Source: an uncultured Gammaproteobacteria bacterium (lineage in GTDB: Bacteria; Patescibacteriota; Patescibacteriia; 2-01-FULL-39-33). From it: 64,000 bases of DNA. Shown one piece after another: positions 30,019 to 38,691 of the stretch. Each line of letters begins with the position of its first letter. Positions within the stretch are counted from its first letter, which is position 1. The position numbers and the translations under genes were made by a program. The notes below the pieces were generated by a model. The model was not told the origin of the DNA. It made no database searches and saw only the letters and a list, made by a program, of their open reading frames with translations. Location of the stretch: the NCBI GenBank assembly GCA_964536975.1, contig CAZHYS010000001.1:34329-98328 (forward strand), in the 5' to 3' direction.

Positions 30019-30495
30019 TTAGGCAGTAAAGCCCCTAATAGCGTTGCCGATGAAATAACTGGCGACAATCACCAAAATAGCAATGATAAGATGCTCGGCA
30101 ATTACTGGCAGGGGATGGTGATGATTATTTTTGGCCATCAGATAGTTGGCGATTATTAGGACCAGAATTCCCCAACCAATGCAGATGCCGACCGCTATTG
30201 GCAGAGAAAAGGCAAGAATTGGCACGACAAAAGTCAAGGCAAAAATAAATTTTGCCAAGAAAGTGAAAATAGTTGCTTGCCAGATTTCTTTGGCCGAGTG
30301 GACATTTTCTGCTTCTTCGGATACATGGATGCCCAGCGCGTCCGATAGAGCGTCGGACACGGCGATGATGATAATGCCGCCAATGACGACCAGCGCCGAC
30401 TGAGTGCCGGAATTAAGTCCGACAATAAGTCCCAGGGTTGTGATAATGCCGGAGGTAAGCCCGAAGCCCACTCCTTTTTTGACGGAGAGATTCAT
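30019..30495 (-). CDS. Small integral membrane protein (possibly VIT1/CCC1-like)
   Basis: 158 aa, 4-5 TM helices, Gly-rich; family assignment tentative. Confidence 0.4.
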   Translation of the reverse strand: MNLSVKKGVGFGLTSGIITTLGLIVGLNSGTQSALVVIGGIIIIAVSDALSDALGIHVSEEAENVHSAKEIWQATIFTFLAKFIFALTFVVPILAFSLPIAVGICIGWGILVLIIANYLMAKNNHHHPLPVIAEHLIIAILVIVASYFIGNAIRGFTA

Positions 30496-30516
30496 GGGAA
30501 TTTTTGGTTAAGTAAA

Positions 30517-31119
30517 TTATAATAACCTATTTTTTTGCAAGAAGCTTTTTATCGCCAGAAATATCTTTTTGTGTCCTTGAGAATTAGAATGCAGGCCGTC
30601 ATCCAAGTCATCAATAGTCAAAAGATCAAAAATTTCCAAAAAATAGACTTGGTTTTTCTCGGAAAGCTCTTTCAGTTTTTGGTTGTATAAAGAAAGATGT
30701 TTGTTAAAATAGTGATAATCCGTTTCCCAGGGAATCGGCGCGGCCTTTGATTCGTCAACTTTTTTACAGCCGCAAAAAACTATTTTATCGGTAAACTTTT
30801 TTGACTTATCTATGAGCTGCTGGATATTCTTTTCAAATTCCTCAGCGGCGACCATTTGCCGGTTTTGCGATTTTATGAAGATGGAGTCATTGTCGCCGAT
30901 TGAAAAAATAATAACCGCCGGCTGCCTAGCTTCTGCTTCCACATCAAACCTGGCCAATAATTCTCTGGTCGTATCTCCGGAGACGCCAAGATTGTAGACA
31001 AACATGTCTTTGTCTTGGGAATCAATAAATAATCGCAAACGATTGACCCAGCCGCCTTTTTCTTTGTCCCACGCGCCCCAGGTTGAGCTGGCGCCAAAAA
31101 TGCAAATATTCTGTTCCAT
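30517..31119 (-). CDS. SGNH/GDSL hydrolase
   Basis: 'ICIFGASSTWGAWD' block I, 'GDND' block III, 'DGLHSN' block V. Confidence 0.75.
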   Translation of the reverse strand: MEQNICIFGASSTWGAWDKEKGGWVNRLRLFIDSQDKDMFVYNLGVSGDTTRELLARFDVEAEARQPAVIIFSIGDNDSIFIKSQNRQMVAAEEFEKNIQQLIDKSKKFTDKIVFCGCKKVDESKAAPIPWETDYHYFNKHLSLYNQKLKELSEKNQVYFLEIFDLLTIDDLDDGLHSNSQGHKKIFLAIKSFLQKNRLL

Positions 31120-31133
31120 GCGATAGTATTACT

Positions 31134-32459
31134 TTAATAAATATCCGAATATTTTTTTCTTTCCCAATCAGTCACTTGTGTAGCAAATTCATTCCACTCT
31201 TTATTTTTGACATAGAGATATTTTTCCAACAAATCTCGGCCAAGCACCTTTTCAATCAGCGGATCTCTCGCCATCTCGCCGAGCGCTTCTTTGAGCGAAG
31301 TCGGCAAAGTGTCAATATTTTTCCGACTCAAATCGTCGCCGTCAAAATCATAAACATTTTCTTCTACTGCTTCCGGCGCTGCTGATTTTTCTCGGATTCC
31401 TTCCAGGCCGCTGGCAATCATCACGGCGAAGGCCAGATAGGGATTGCAAGTCGGGTCGGGACAGCGCAATTCTATCCGGGCGGCATCTTGCTTGTCGGCG
31501 TGAAAGCGGGGGACGCGGATAAGCGCCGAGCGGTTCATTCCCGCCCAAGTGATATACACCGGCGCTTCAAAGCCGGAAACCAGCCGCTTGTAGGAATTGA
31601 CCGTCGGGCACAAAATGGCGCTCATTGCTTTGATGTGCTTCATCTGTCCGGCGATAAAGCGGTAGGCGGTTTCCGACAGCCGGTATTTGTTGTCTTTATT
31701 ATAGAACAAATTCTGGTTTTTTTCTTTGTCAAACAGGCTCTGATGGATGTGCATGCCCGAGCCGGCCGCGTTCATGATCGGCTTGGGAATAAAAGTCGCT
31801 TTAAGACCGTGCCGCTGGGCAATTTTTTTGACCGTGTATTTCAGCGTCAGAACTTTGTCGGCGATATTCAGCGCGTTGCCATATTTGAAATCTATCTCGT
31901 ATTGCCCTTGGCCGACCTCGTGGTGGGAAGTCTCCACTTCAATGCCGAATTGTTGCAAGGCGGAGGCAACCTCTTTAATGAATTTATAGCCCTCATGGGA
32001 AGAAAAATCAAAATAGCCGCTGTAATCAATCGGCGCGTCTTGGCCGCCATCATCCTTAAACAAATAAAACTCCGCCTCCGGGCCGACCTTCGCTTCGTAT
32101 CCAGCCGCTGTCGCGTCGGCGATGATTTTTTTCAGAATAAAACGCGGGTCGCCGGCAAACGGCTGTCCGTCCGGGCTATAAATGTCACAGATTATTCGCG
32201 CGGTTTTGCCGTTTTCCGCCAGCCAGGGCACGGGCGAATAAGTGGCCAGATCCGGTTTCAAAAATAAATCGCTTTCTTGAATGCGGGCAAATCCTTCTAC
32301 TGACGAGCCATCAAACCAGACGCCGTTTTCAATGGCGTTTTTGGCGCCGGCCGCCGGGATGATTATTTCTTTGACGACTCCCAATAAATCGGTAAATTGC
32401 AGGGTAATGAATTCAATTCCATCCTCCTTAAGACGAGACAAGATTTCTTCAGTGCTCAT
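31134..32459 (-). CDS. glnA: Glutamine synthetase type I
   Basis: 441 aa; GS beta-grasp N-terminus 'IEFITLQFTDLLGVVKEI', 'NGSGMHIHQSL'. Confidence 0.85.
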   Translation of the reverse strand: MSTEEILSRLKEDGIEFITLQFTDLLGVVKEIIIPAAGAKNAIENGVWFDGSSVEGFARIQESDLFLKPDLATYSPVPWLAENGKTARIICDIYSPDGQPFAGDPRFILKKIIADATAAGYEAKVGPEAEFYLFKDDGGQDAPIDYSGYFDFSSHEGYKFIKEVASALQQFGIEVETSHHEVGQGQYEIDFKYGNALNIADKVLTLKYTVKKIAQRHGLKATFIPKPIMNAAGSGMHIHQSLFDKEKNQNLFYNKDNKYRLSETAYRFIAGQMKHIKAMSAILCPTVNSYKRLVSGFEAPVYITWAGMNRSALIRVPRFHADKQDAARIELRCPDPTCNPYLAFAVMIASGLEGIREKSAAPEAVEENVYDFDGDDLSRKNIDTLPTSLKEALGEMARDPLIEKVLGRDLLEKYLYVKNKEWNEFATQVTDWERKKYSDIY

Positions 32460-32515
32460 ACTTTGACGAAAATGTTTTAAAAATATTATACTTAAACCAT
32501 ACTAATCTTACTTTA

Positions 32516-33682
32516 ATGGAAGCAAAAAATCAACTTCCCCGGGTCGCCATTGTCGTTTGCGCTTGGCCGCCCCAGGGCGGCGGTATCGGCAATAATGCCT
32601 ACTATCACGCTAAGCGCCTGCCTGCCCTCGGCTACCGGACGACGGTATTCACGCCGGATTTTCCCAAGATCAAAAAACTCAAAGCGGAAAGATTTTCGCT
32701 GGAATATCTGCCGGTCGTTCTGCCGCTCGGTAAGGCGGGGTTTCTTTTTTCGCTAATGAAAAAATTGGCGGATTTTGACATCATTCATCTTTACTATCCG
32801 TTTTTTGGCACTGACCTGATCGTTTGGTGGTTTAAGATTTTTAATCGCCGGCCAAAATTGGTACTGCATTATGAAATGGATCCGGTCGGCCGCGGCGGCA
32901 AGAAGATTCTTTTTTGGATTTATATCAAATTATTTCTCGGAGTAGTCGTAAAAGCCAGCGACGCGGTCGGTGTTCTGTCGTGGGACAATGCCAGGAATTC
33001 TTATCTCAAAAAATATCTCAAGAAATATCCGCGGAAATTCGTTCATCTGCCCAACGGCGTGGATGTTAATATCTTTCGACCCGGCCTGAAATATTCAGCG
33101 CTCAAAGATGGGCTGGGCATTGCCGCCGGGGAAAAAGTGATTGCTTTTGCCGGCGGCTTGGGGCGACTTCATTTTTTCAAGGGCGTGGATGTCTTGTTGC
33201 GGGCGTTTAAAAAATTGCCCGGCCGGAGAAACAAATTGCTCATCATCGGCGATGGCGATAAGCGGGCTGATTACGAAAATTTGGCGCGAGAGCTCGGCTT
33301 GGCTGATCGGGTGATTTTTACCGGCTGGGTGGCCAATGAAGATTTGCCTGGCTACTACAATCTGGCGGATGTTTTTGTCCTGCCGTCTACGGCGCGGACA
33401 GAAAGCTTTGGTATTGTCGCGGCCGAAGCCCAGGCCTGCGGCGTGCCGGCGATTGTCAGTGATTGGCCGGGAGCACGGGAGACGATTATTGACGGTCAGA
33501 CCGGCCTTTTGGCTCGGCCGAAAGACGAAGACGACTTGGCGGCCAAGATTTCCCGATTGCTGGCCGACAAAGATTTGCGGCGGGAAATGTCTCTGGCCGG
33601 CCGTCGGCGAGTGGAGGAGTCGTATGATTGGGACAAAGTGATCAAAAAGATAGACGAGGTTTATAGAAAATTATTGAACTAA
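32516..33682 (+). CDS. GT4 glycosyltransferase
   Basis: 'GGGIG' N-terminus, 'ESFGIVAAEAQACGVPAIVS' EX7E. Confidence 0.8.
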   Translation: MEAKNQLPRVAIVVCAWPPQGGGIGNNAYYHAKRLPALGYRTTVFTPDFPKIKKLKAERFSLEYLPVVLPLGKAGFLFSLMKKLADFDIIHLYYPFFGTDLIVWWFKIFNRRPKLVLHYEMDPVGRGGKKILFWIYIKLFLGVVVKASDAVGVLSWDNARNSYLKKYLKKYPRKFVHLPNGVDVNIFRPGLKYSALKDGLGIAAGEKVIAFAGGLGRLHFFKGVDVLLRAFKKLPGRRNKLLIIGDGDKRADYENLARELGLADRVIFTGWVANEDLPGYYNLADVFVLPSTARTESFGIVAAEAQACGVPAIVSDWPGARETIIDGQTGLLARPKDEDDLAAKISRLLADKDLRREMSLAGRRRVEESYDWDKVIKKIDEVYRKLLN

Positions 33683-33687
33683 TAGGC

Positions 33688-33748
33688 CGTACCCTCCCCT
33701 TTTACAACCTGCCTGCCGGTAGGCAGGGGGGAGGGTCAGGGAGGGGTA
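33688..33748. repeat. GC-rich palindromic mini-repeat, copy A (intergenic)
   Basis: 'accctcccct...ggggagggtcagggaggggt'; shares 'cctcccc/ggggagg...agggggt' core with copies at 38451, 51594, 63493. Confidence 0.7.
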
Positions 33749-33817
33749 ATTGAGGTAAGATTAAAAGGAAACCAAAAGAGCAAAATATTATTTATAATCA
33801 TAAAAATTTGAAGTCAT

Positions 33818-34222
33818 ATGATATCTTCTAGTATTAATTTCAAAGCATTGATTTTATGGCTGACCGCGGTCGTTTGGATGGGATTGATTTTTTATCTTTC
33901 CTCCATTCCCAGTTTTCCGGTGGATTTGACGGACGAAGGATATGATATCACTTCTTCCATTGTCCATGTGGTGATTTATTTTGTCTTGGCTTGGCTGTTT
34001 ATTGCCGCTTTGCGGTCGTCCGGCGTCAGAGCCGGCCGCGCTTTTTTTGGCGGATTTCTTTTGGCCATTGTTTACGGCGCGACAGACGAATGGCACCAGT
34101 CTTTTGTTATTGGCCGCGAAGCGCACTTGAGCGATTGGCTGCTGGACGTCGCTGGCGCTTATATAATTTTGAGTTTTTATACCTATCGCCACCGCCGGAA
34201 AAATCAGTTAAAATCGCATTGA
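33818..34222 (+). CDS. VanZ-family membrane protein
   Basis: 'GATDEWHQSFVIGREAHLSDWLLDVAGA' VanZ-like motif, four TM helices. Confidence 0.7.
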   Translation: MISSSINFKALILWLTAVVWMGLIFYLSSIPSFPVDLTDEGYDITSSIVHVVIYFVLAWLFIAALRSSGVRAGRAFFGGFLLAIVYGATDEWHQSFVIGREAHLSDWLLDVAGAYIILSFYTYRHRRKNQLKSH

Positions 34223-34353
34223 CATTTTCCTCTTTTGGCGTTAAGATATGGCGATTGGGAGGAAATGTTCCTTTCACTACGCAATATGGGAAACAATCAC
34301 TATCCGCTTGGCGCGGCTGGTGAGGTAACAGGGAAAATAGGAGGATAGGTTCT

Positions 34354-34926
34354 ATGTCCGAGGGAAAAGATGGTGCAAGTAACGCGCAGGGAAATCAAGA
34401 TGGAAGATTGGCTCCGGCAGAATACATTAAGGGTATCTTTGCGCAGTTTGAGCAAGAACCACAAGATGAAAGGAGAAAGATCTCCAGTTTATTGGTTGGT
34501 GCCATTGGAGACAAAAGAGCAGCACAGGAGGAGGCGTTGGCCGCCATGCAGGCGGCTTGCTTCGTTGATGTGTTTCAGTTGTTGGTTAAGGAGGGGGTTC
34601 TAAACAAAATCCACTCGGAACGGGATCCGGTCGGGGAATGTGATGAACCGGGTTGGCGTGCCCACTACCTGCTGACTCATGGCAGAATTCCGGTATTTCC
34701 TCTTGAGGAAAGGTTTACGGGCCGGGAGCACGACGAAAGCGAGTTCAAACAGCCACGATGGCTGCAGATAGTGATGGATGAATTGCGAGGTAGGGATTGG
34801 GATCCTTCCATTCTGGTTTATGTTTTTGCCGAATCTGGTATCGGCAATCATCGCATGGTTGATTTATGCGTCGCCGACCCGAGACAGCCGGCCACGGAAC
34901 AACCAGGGAAGCAAGAAGGAGAATGA
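34354..34926 (+). CDS. Hypothetical protein (orphan; higher-GC block)
   Basis: Strong RBS AGGAGG upstream; no recognisable domain. Confidence 0.55.
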   Translation: MSEGKDGASNAQGNQDGRLAPAEYIKGIFAQFEQEPQDERRKISSLLVGAIGDKRAAQEEALAAMQAACFVDVFQLLVKEGVLNKIHSERDPVGECDEPGWRAHYLLTHGRIPVFPLEERFTGREHDESEFKQPRWLQIVMDELRGRDWDPSILVYVFAESGIGNHRMVDLCVADPRQPATEQPGKQEGE

Positions 34927-35378
34927 CAATGCCAACTAGAGAATTGCTAAAAGTGGTAGCTCGGGGGGCATCTCGACCCGCCAGTACCAGAAGAAGCAGA
35001 AGGCCGGTCAAAGACATTGACCCGGCTGTTACGACTAGTCAGTACTTTTGGCCATTTTTTAGTCCTGATGCGGCCGCGCAGTTTCCTAGTAATCTGGAAG
35101 TCAACGACAAGATCAATATGCTTGAGTGGCTATTGGCCATCGCCAAAGCCATGCGGGAAAAGACCGAGACGGGATATCGGGCCGATAAGCCCTTAACCAT
35201 CATCAACCCAAGTCTCGGTGGCGTGGGACGAATTCCGGAATCGGTTAAGGAAATTCTCCAAGCCAGCGGTTGGCCAGTGGAGGAGAAAGAAGGTGGAGAA
35301 TATACCACCCACATTATCTTGACGCCGATCGGCTTGGCTGAACCAAAACAACAAGAGGAGAAAGGAGATGGAGTATGA
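34923..35378 (+). CDS. Hypothetical protein (orphan)
   Basis: RBS 'AAGGAGAATGACAATG'; translationally coupled to neighbours. Confidence 0.5.
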   Translation: MTMPTRELLKVVARGASRPASTRRSRRPVKDIDPAVTTSQYFWPFFSPDAAAQFPSNLEVNDKINMLEWLLAIAKAMREKTETGYRADKPLTIINPSLGGVGRIPESVKEILQASGWPVEEKEGGEYTTHIILTPIGLAEPKQQEEKGDGV

Positions 35379-35716
35379 GTGGGACTATTAACTCAAAGCC
35401 CAATCTGCCAACGGAACTATTTCCGGCGTCGTGGGTTGTCCGTAACAGTGGGGCGGAGGGCTGCAAAATTATCGTGGACATTTTGGCCATACTATGGATT
35501 CTCGCTGAGAGGTTGCTGTATGAGGCAACCCAGGACTACAAAGGAGAAAAGCCTGTCCGTCTCCCGCCTCTCCCGGATGACATGTCAAAACTGTGGGATC
35601 AGCTGAACATCCCGACGCTGTTTGCTCAGCGATTCGGCTGGTTCGCGGAAATGCAAGAGGACGGCAGCATTCTCTTGACGCCGATAACGATCGAGCCAGA
35701 GGATTTGGAGCCATGA
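35375..35716 (+). CDS. Hypothetical protein (orphan)
   Basis: RBS GGAGAAAGGAG; ATGA overlap with upstream gene. Confidence 0.5.
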   Translation: MSGTINSKPNLPTELFPASWVVRNSGAEGCKIIVDILAILWILAERLLYEATQDYKGEKPVRLPPLPDDMSKLWDQLNIPTLFAQRFGWFAEMQEDGSILLTPITIEPEDLEP

Positions 35717-35739
35717 CGATCGGCTCCGCTTTAGATATT

Positions 35740-35776
35740 CGCCCCGACGCGCAGTTTGCGTCGGGGTTCTTTTTTA
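35740..35776 (+). terminator. Rho-independent terminator
   Basis: 'cgccccgacgcgcagtttgcgtcggggttctttttt' GC stem + T-run. Confidence 0.7.
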
Positions 35777-35804
35777 TAAAATTTTAATCTGTGATTTTTC
35801 ACCC

Positions 35805-35833
35805 TTGACTATTTGCTGTATTTTTGTTAAACT
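35805..35833 (+). promoter_or_regulatory. Sigma70-like promoter (TTGACT-17-TAAACT)
   Basis: -35 TTGACT at 35805, 17-nt spacer, -10 TAAACT at 35828; about 60 nt upstream of next ORF. Confidence 0.5.
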
Positions 35834-35891
35834 AAGAAGTTGAAAGTCGTTCCTTAAACCATGGATGGAACATTATTGGGAGGGCCTGATT

Positions 35892-36215
35892 ATGTCGAGA
35901 AGAATGATTGTTTGTTCCGATGAAGATCGCCAAACGATTGGGATCAGTGATCTTTTGGCAATCAACTTTGACGGCGGGTTAGTCGTTTTTCAAGGTCAGC
36001 GTTGGCGAGTCAAAGTTCGTCCGCCCGGAAGCGATAAGGGGAGCTGGCAGCATGTCGCTTTTTTCTTTGATGAGGAGAAGGCGAATGAATGTCGCGATTG
36101 GATTAATCGTTTGGATCCCCATTGGGAGGCCGAGGTGGTGGAATTGGGAAAAACCGCGCGGGAAATCGCCGGACACAATAGTAATCGGAAAGGAGAGAGG
36201 TGTCATGTCGGATAA
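35892..36215 (+). CDS. Hypothetical protein (orphan)
   Basis: RBS GGGAGGG 7 nt upstream of ATG 35892. Confidence 0.5.
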   Translation: MSRRMIVCSDEDRQTIGISDLLAINFDGGLVVFQGQRWRVKVRPPGSDKGSWQHVAFFFDEEKANECRDWINRLDPHWEAEVVELGKTAREIAGHNSNRKGERCHVG

Positions 36216-36945
36216 GAAAAGATTTCGGAGGGTGTTGATCGTTGGTCGGGTCGTGGATGGCGACGAAAAGCTACTCGAGGTGGTTAAGTCGTCTCTGGGT
36301 GAATGGTATAAGACTCGTTTTCTCGAAGTCCTTTTGCTTGCGGTTTTGCAGGCAGAGAGAAAAGAGGTAGATTGCGTCGTTTTGTCCTTGATTGAGTCAC
36401 CTTGGACAACACGTGAACGGCAAGTTATTATACCAACCTTTAAGTGTTTTGACTCAGGTGCACCCGAAGAGGCTTTGCCGGACAACGGTCTTCGGGCGGC
36501 GATCGCGGTCAGGTCCATTAACCCGAGCTTGCCGATCGTACTGATCGTGCCGACAGAGGAGATCGCGGCCGAGCTGAAAGAGTATTGCGACGGCAATTCA
36601 ATCCAACTCTTTGCCAAGCCATTTGATCCGAAGGTGTTAGCCAAAGCGATTGAAAGAGAGACAGAGCGCGGGGAGACCTTCAACCTTCATCTTTCAGATG
36701 GACTTTGGGGCCTTTCTTACCACGCTGCTACTGATCACGGGACACGAATTTTGGACGAACTTCCTCCCGGTCGGCATGTCGCCTTGAGGGTTCCCGATCC
36801 ATTCGGCCAAGGCGATGCGTGTTTGGTGGTACCCGGGTCTGACTGGTTCTTGCCAGAGGCAATGCTCCAGTTCTACGCCGATGGTAACATTGGATTCGCC
36901 GGGGCGTATCCTCTTGTGGAAATCAAACCGGCGAAAACAGTATGA
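36205..36945 (+). CDS. Receiver (REC)-like domain protein with uncharacterised C-terminal domain
   Basis: 'RVLIVGRVVDGDEK...VDCVVLSL...PIVLIVP...FAKPFDPKVLAKAIE' resembles CheY-like receiver (KPF motif); RBS GGAGAGAGG. Confidence 0.45.
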   Translation: MSDKKRFRRVLIVGRVVDGDEKLLEVVKSSLGEWYKTRFLEVLLLAVLQAERKEVDCVVLSLIESPWTTRERQVIIPTFKCFDSGAPEEALPDNGLRAAIAVRSINPSLPIVLIVPTEEIAAELKEYCDGNSIQLFAKPFDPKVLAKAIERETERGETFNLHLSDGLWGLSYHAATDHGTRILDELPPGRHVALRVPDPFGQGDACLVVPGSDWFLPEAMLQFYADGNIGFAGAYPLVEIKPAKTV

Positions 36946-37080
36946 CGTCGTTGACTGTCGGCGCGCAAGCGAACGCGTGCCGGCAGTTTTTTTGTTTGTC
37001 ATATCCAATTATAATTTAATAAAACTTTCAATCTCCAATAATTGTATTTTTGCATCCCTATGCGACCATTAATAAATATT

Positions 37081-37160
37081 GTGCTAATTTTATGCGAAAG
37101 CGAGCGCTAAAAATTTTCGCAAGCGAAGCGTCAGAAAATTTTAGCGAGCGAAGCATAAAA
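37081..37160. repeat. Iteron-like tandem direct repeats (about 25-bp unit x3) followed by palindrome gccacttttctagaaaagtggc (37196-37217)
   Basis: 'gcgaaagcgagcgctaaaaatttt / cgcaagcgaagcgtcagaaaatttt / agcgagcgaagcataaaattt'. Confidence 0.6.
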
Positions 37161-37367
37161 TTTAGCCATGATTTATTACCGGTCGCGACTTTTGCGCCAC
37201 TTTTCTAGAAAAGTGGCATAAAAAAATAATTTATTTTTAAAATAAGATCGCCACGTCTACCACGGCACCCATATCCACCACAGGCGGACATGCCCTCATA
37301 TTCCATTTCCTAATTCCTAACTCCCTCCCCATTTCTCTTTTCTTCCAAAATAAGTTAAAATAGCCGT

Positions 37368-38636
37368 ATGAAAATCGTTGTTATTCATCCAATTTTTCAG
37401 CCGGAAACTCGCGGCGGCGCCGAGGTCGCCGTTGATAATATTGTCAACGGTCTTCTTGCCGCCGGCCACAATGTCGTCGTAATTTGCGTTGGCCGGAAAG
37501 ACGTTTCCGAAATCTCGGCTAATTATTTTCCCGATCAAAATGAAAGTTTGACGGTTTACCGTATCAAGCCGTTTAATCTTTTCAATTTTTTGGATATCAA
37601 TTCCCAGCCGGCTTGGCGCCGTTTGCCCTGGCACATTATTGATATGTTCAATATCAATCAGGCGTGGCGAGTCAAAGATATTTTATGCCAAGAAAATCCG
37701 GATTTGGTATTGACGCACAATCTCAAGGGCCTCGGCTACCTGATTCCTCGCGCCATTAAAAAATTAAAATTAAAACACGCCCATACCATTCACGATATGC
37801 AATTGTTGCATCCGTCCGGCCTGCTCGTAGAGACGGGGCATGCCCCGTCTCTACCAGTGGCCATTTATCGCTGGTTTTGCCGCTGGCTATTTGGTTCGCC
37901 GGAGACAGTGGCGTTTCCTTCCGAGTATATCAAAGCGGTTTACGAGCGTTACGGTTTTTTCAAAAAATCTTATAAGGTAGTCATCGGCAATCCGATTCAA
38001 TTTCCAATTTTTAATTTAAAATTTTCAAAAAAAACCGAAATTCTAAATTCTAAATTTCAAATTCTTTTCCTCGGTCAGGTGGAGGCCTACAAAGGCATTT
38101 TTGAGCTCATTGAGGCGCTAAAAGGGGTAACGGGCGATTGGGCACTGAATGTCGTGGGCGATGGCAAGGCCTTGCCAAAGGCCAAAATTTTGGCCCAGGA
38201 GGCCACTCCTGATGCCCTTTCTGGGGCTCTGGCTGGCCCCAGGATCAAGTTTTGGGGGCGCCTTGGCCAATCAGAGCTGGAGGAGAAAATCTGGCCGCGA
38301 ACAAATATTTTGGTCAACCCCAGCCTCACTAATGAAAGTTTTGGCATGGTGGTGGTTGAAGCGTATGCCCATGGCGTGCCGGCGCTGGTTTCGGGTAGGG
38401 GCGCTCTGCCGGAATTGGTGCGAGAAGGGGAGACAGGGTTTGTTGTTTCTTCCTCCCCCTTTAAAAGAGGGAGGCTGGGAGGGGGTGATTCCGCAGAATC
38501 ATGGCGGGAGAAAATAGATTGGTGTTTGACGCACCGCCGCGAGATAGAGGGGATGAGAGAGAAATGTATAAAAGAAGCGGAGAAGTATAAATTGGAAAAT
38601 TATTTGAATAGATTATTAAATTATATCAATAATTAA
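37368..38636 (+). CDS. GT4 glycosyltransferase (carries in-frame mini-repeat insertion)
   Basis: 'GGAEV' N-terminus, 'ESFGMVVVEAYAHGVPALVS' EX7E; insertion 'SSPFKRGRLGGGDSAES' encoded by GC-rich palindromic element. Confidence 0.75.
   Translation: MKIVVIHPIFQPETRGGAEVAVDNIVNGLLAAGHNVVVICVGRKDVSEISANYFPDQNESLTVYRIKPFNLFNFLDINSQPAWRRLPWHIIDMFNINQAWRVKDILCQENPDLVLTHNLKGLGYLIPRAIKKLKLKHAHTIHDMQLLHPSGLLVETGHAPSLPVAIYRWFCRWLFGSPETVAFPSEYIKAVYERYGFFKKSYKVVIGNPIQFPIFNLKFSKKTEILNSKFQILFLGQVEAYKGIFELIEALKGVTGDWALNVVGDGKALPKAKILAQEATPDALSGALAGPRIKFWGRLGQSELEEKIWPRTNILVNPSLTNESFGMVVVEAYAHGVPALVSGRGALPELVREGETGFVVSSSPFKRGRLGGGDSAESWREKIDWCLTHRREIEGMREKCIKEAEKYKLENYLNRLLNYINN
38451..38487. repeat. GC-rich palindromic mini-repeat, copy B (in-frame inside GT4 CDS)
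   Basis: 'tcctccccctttaaaagagggaggctgggagggggt'. Confidence 0.75.
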
Positions 38637-38691
38637 AATAACGCTCCGACAAAAACTGTTGTCGGAGCGTTTCCTCTTGCGCGCGAATGTG

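Noticed and set aside
31488-32267. 259-aa ORF on + strand
   Set aside because: Lies entirely antisense to glnA (31134..32459, -), whose product has clear glutamine synthetase motifs; shadow ORF.
35979-36683. 234-aa ORF on - strand inside the orphan block
   Set aside because: Antisense to two + strand genes that have strong RBSs and operon structure; Ser/Thr-rich low-complexity product.
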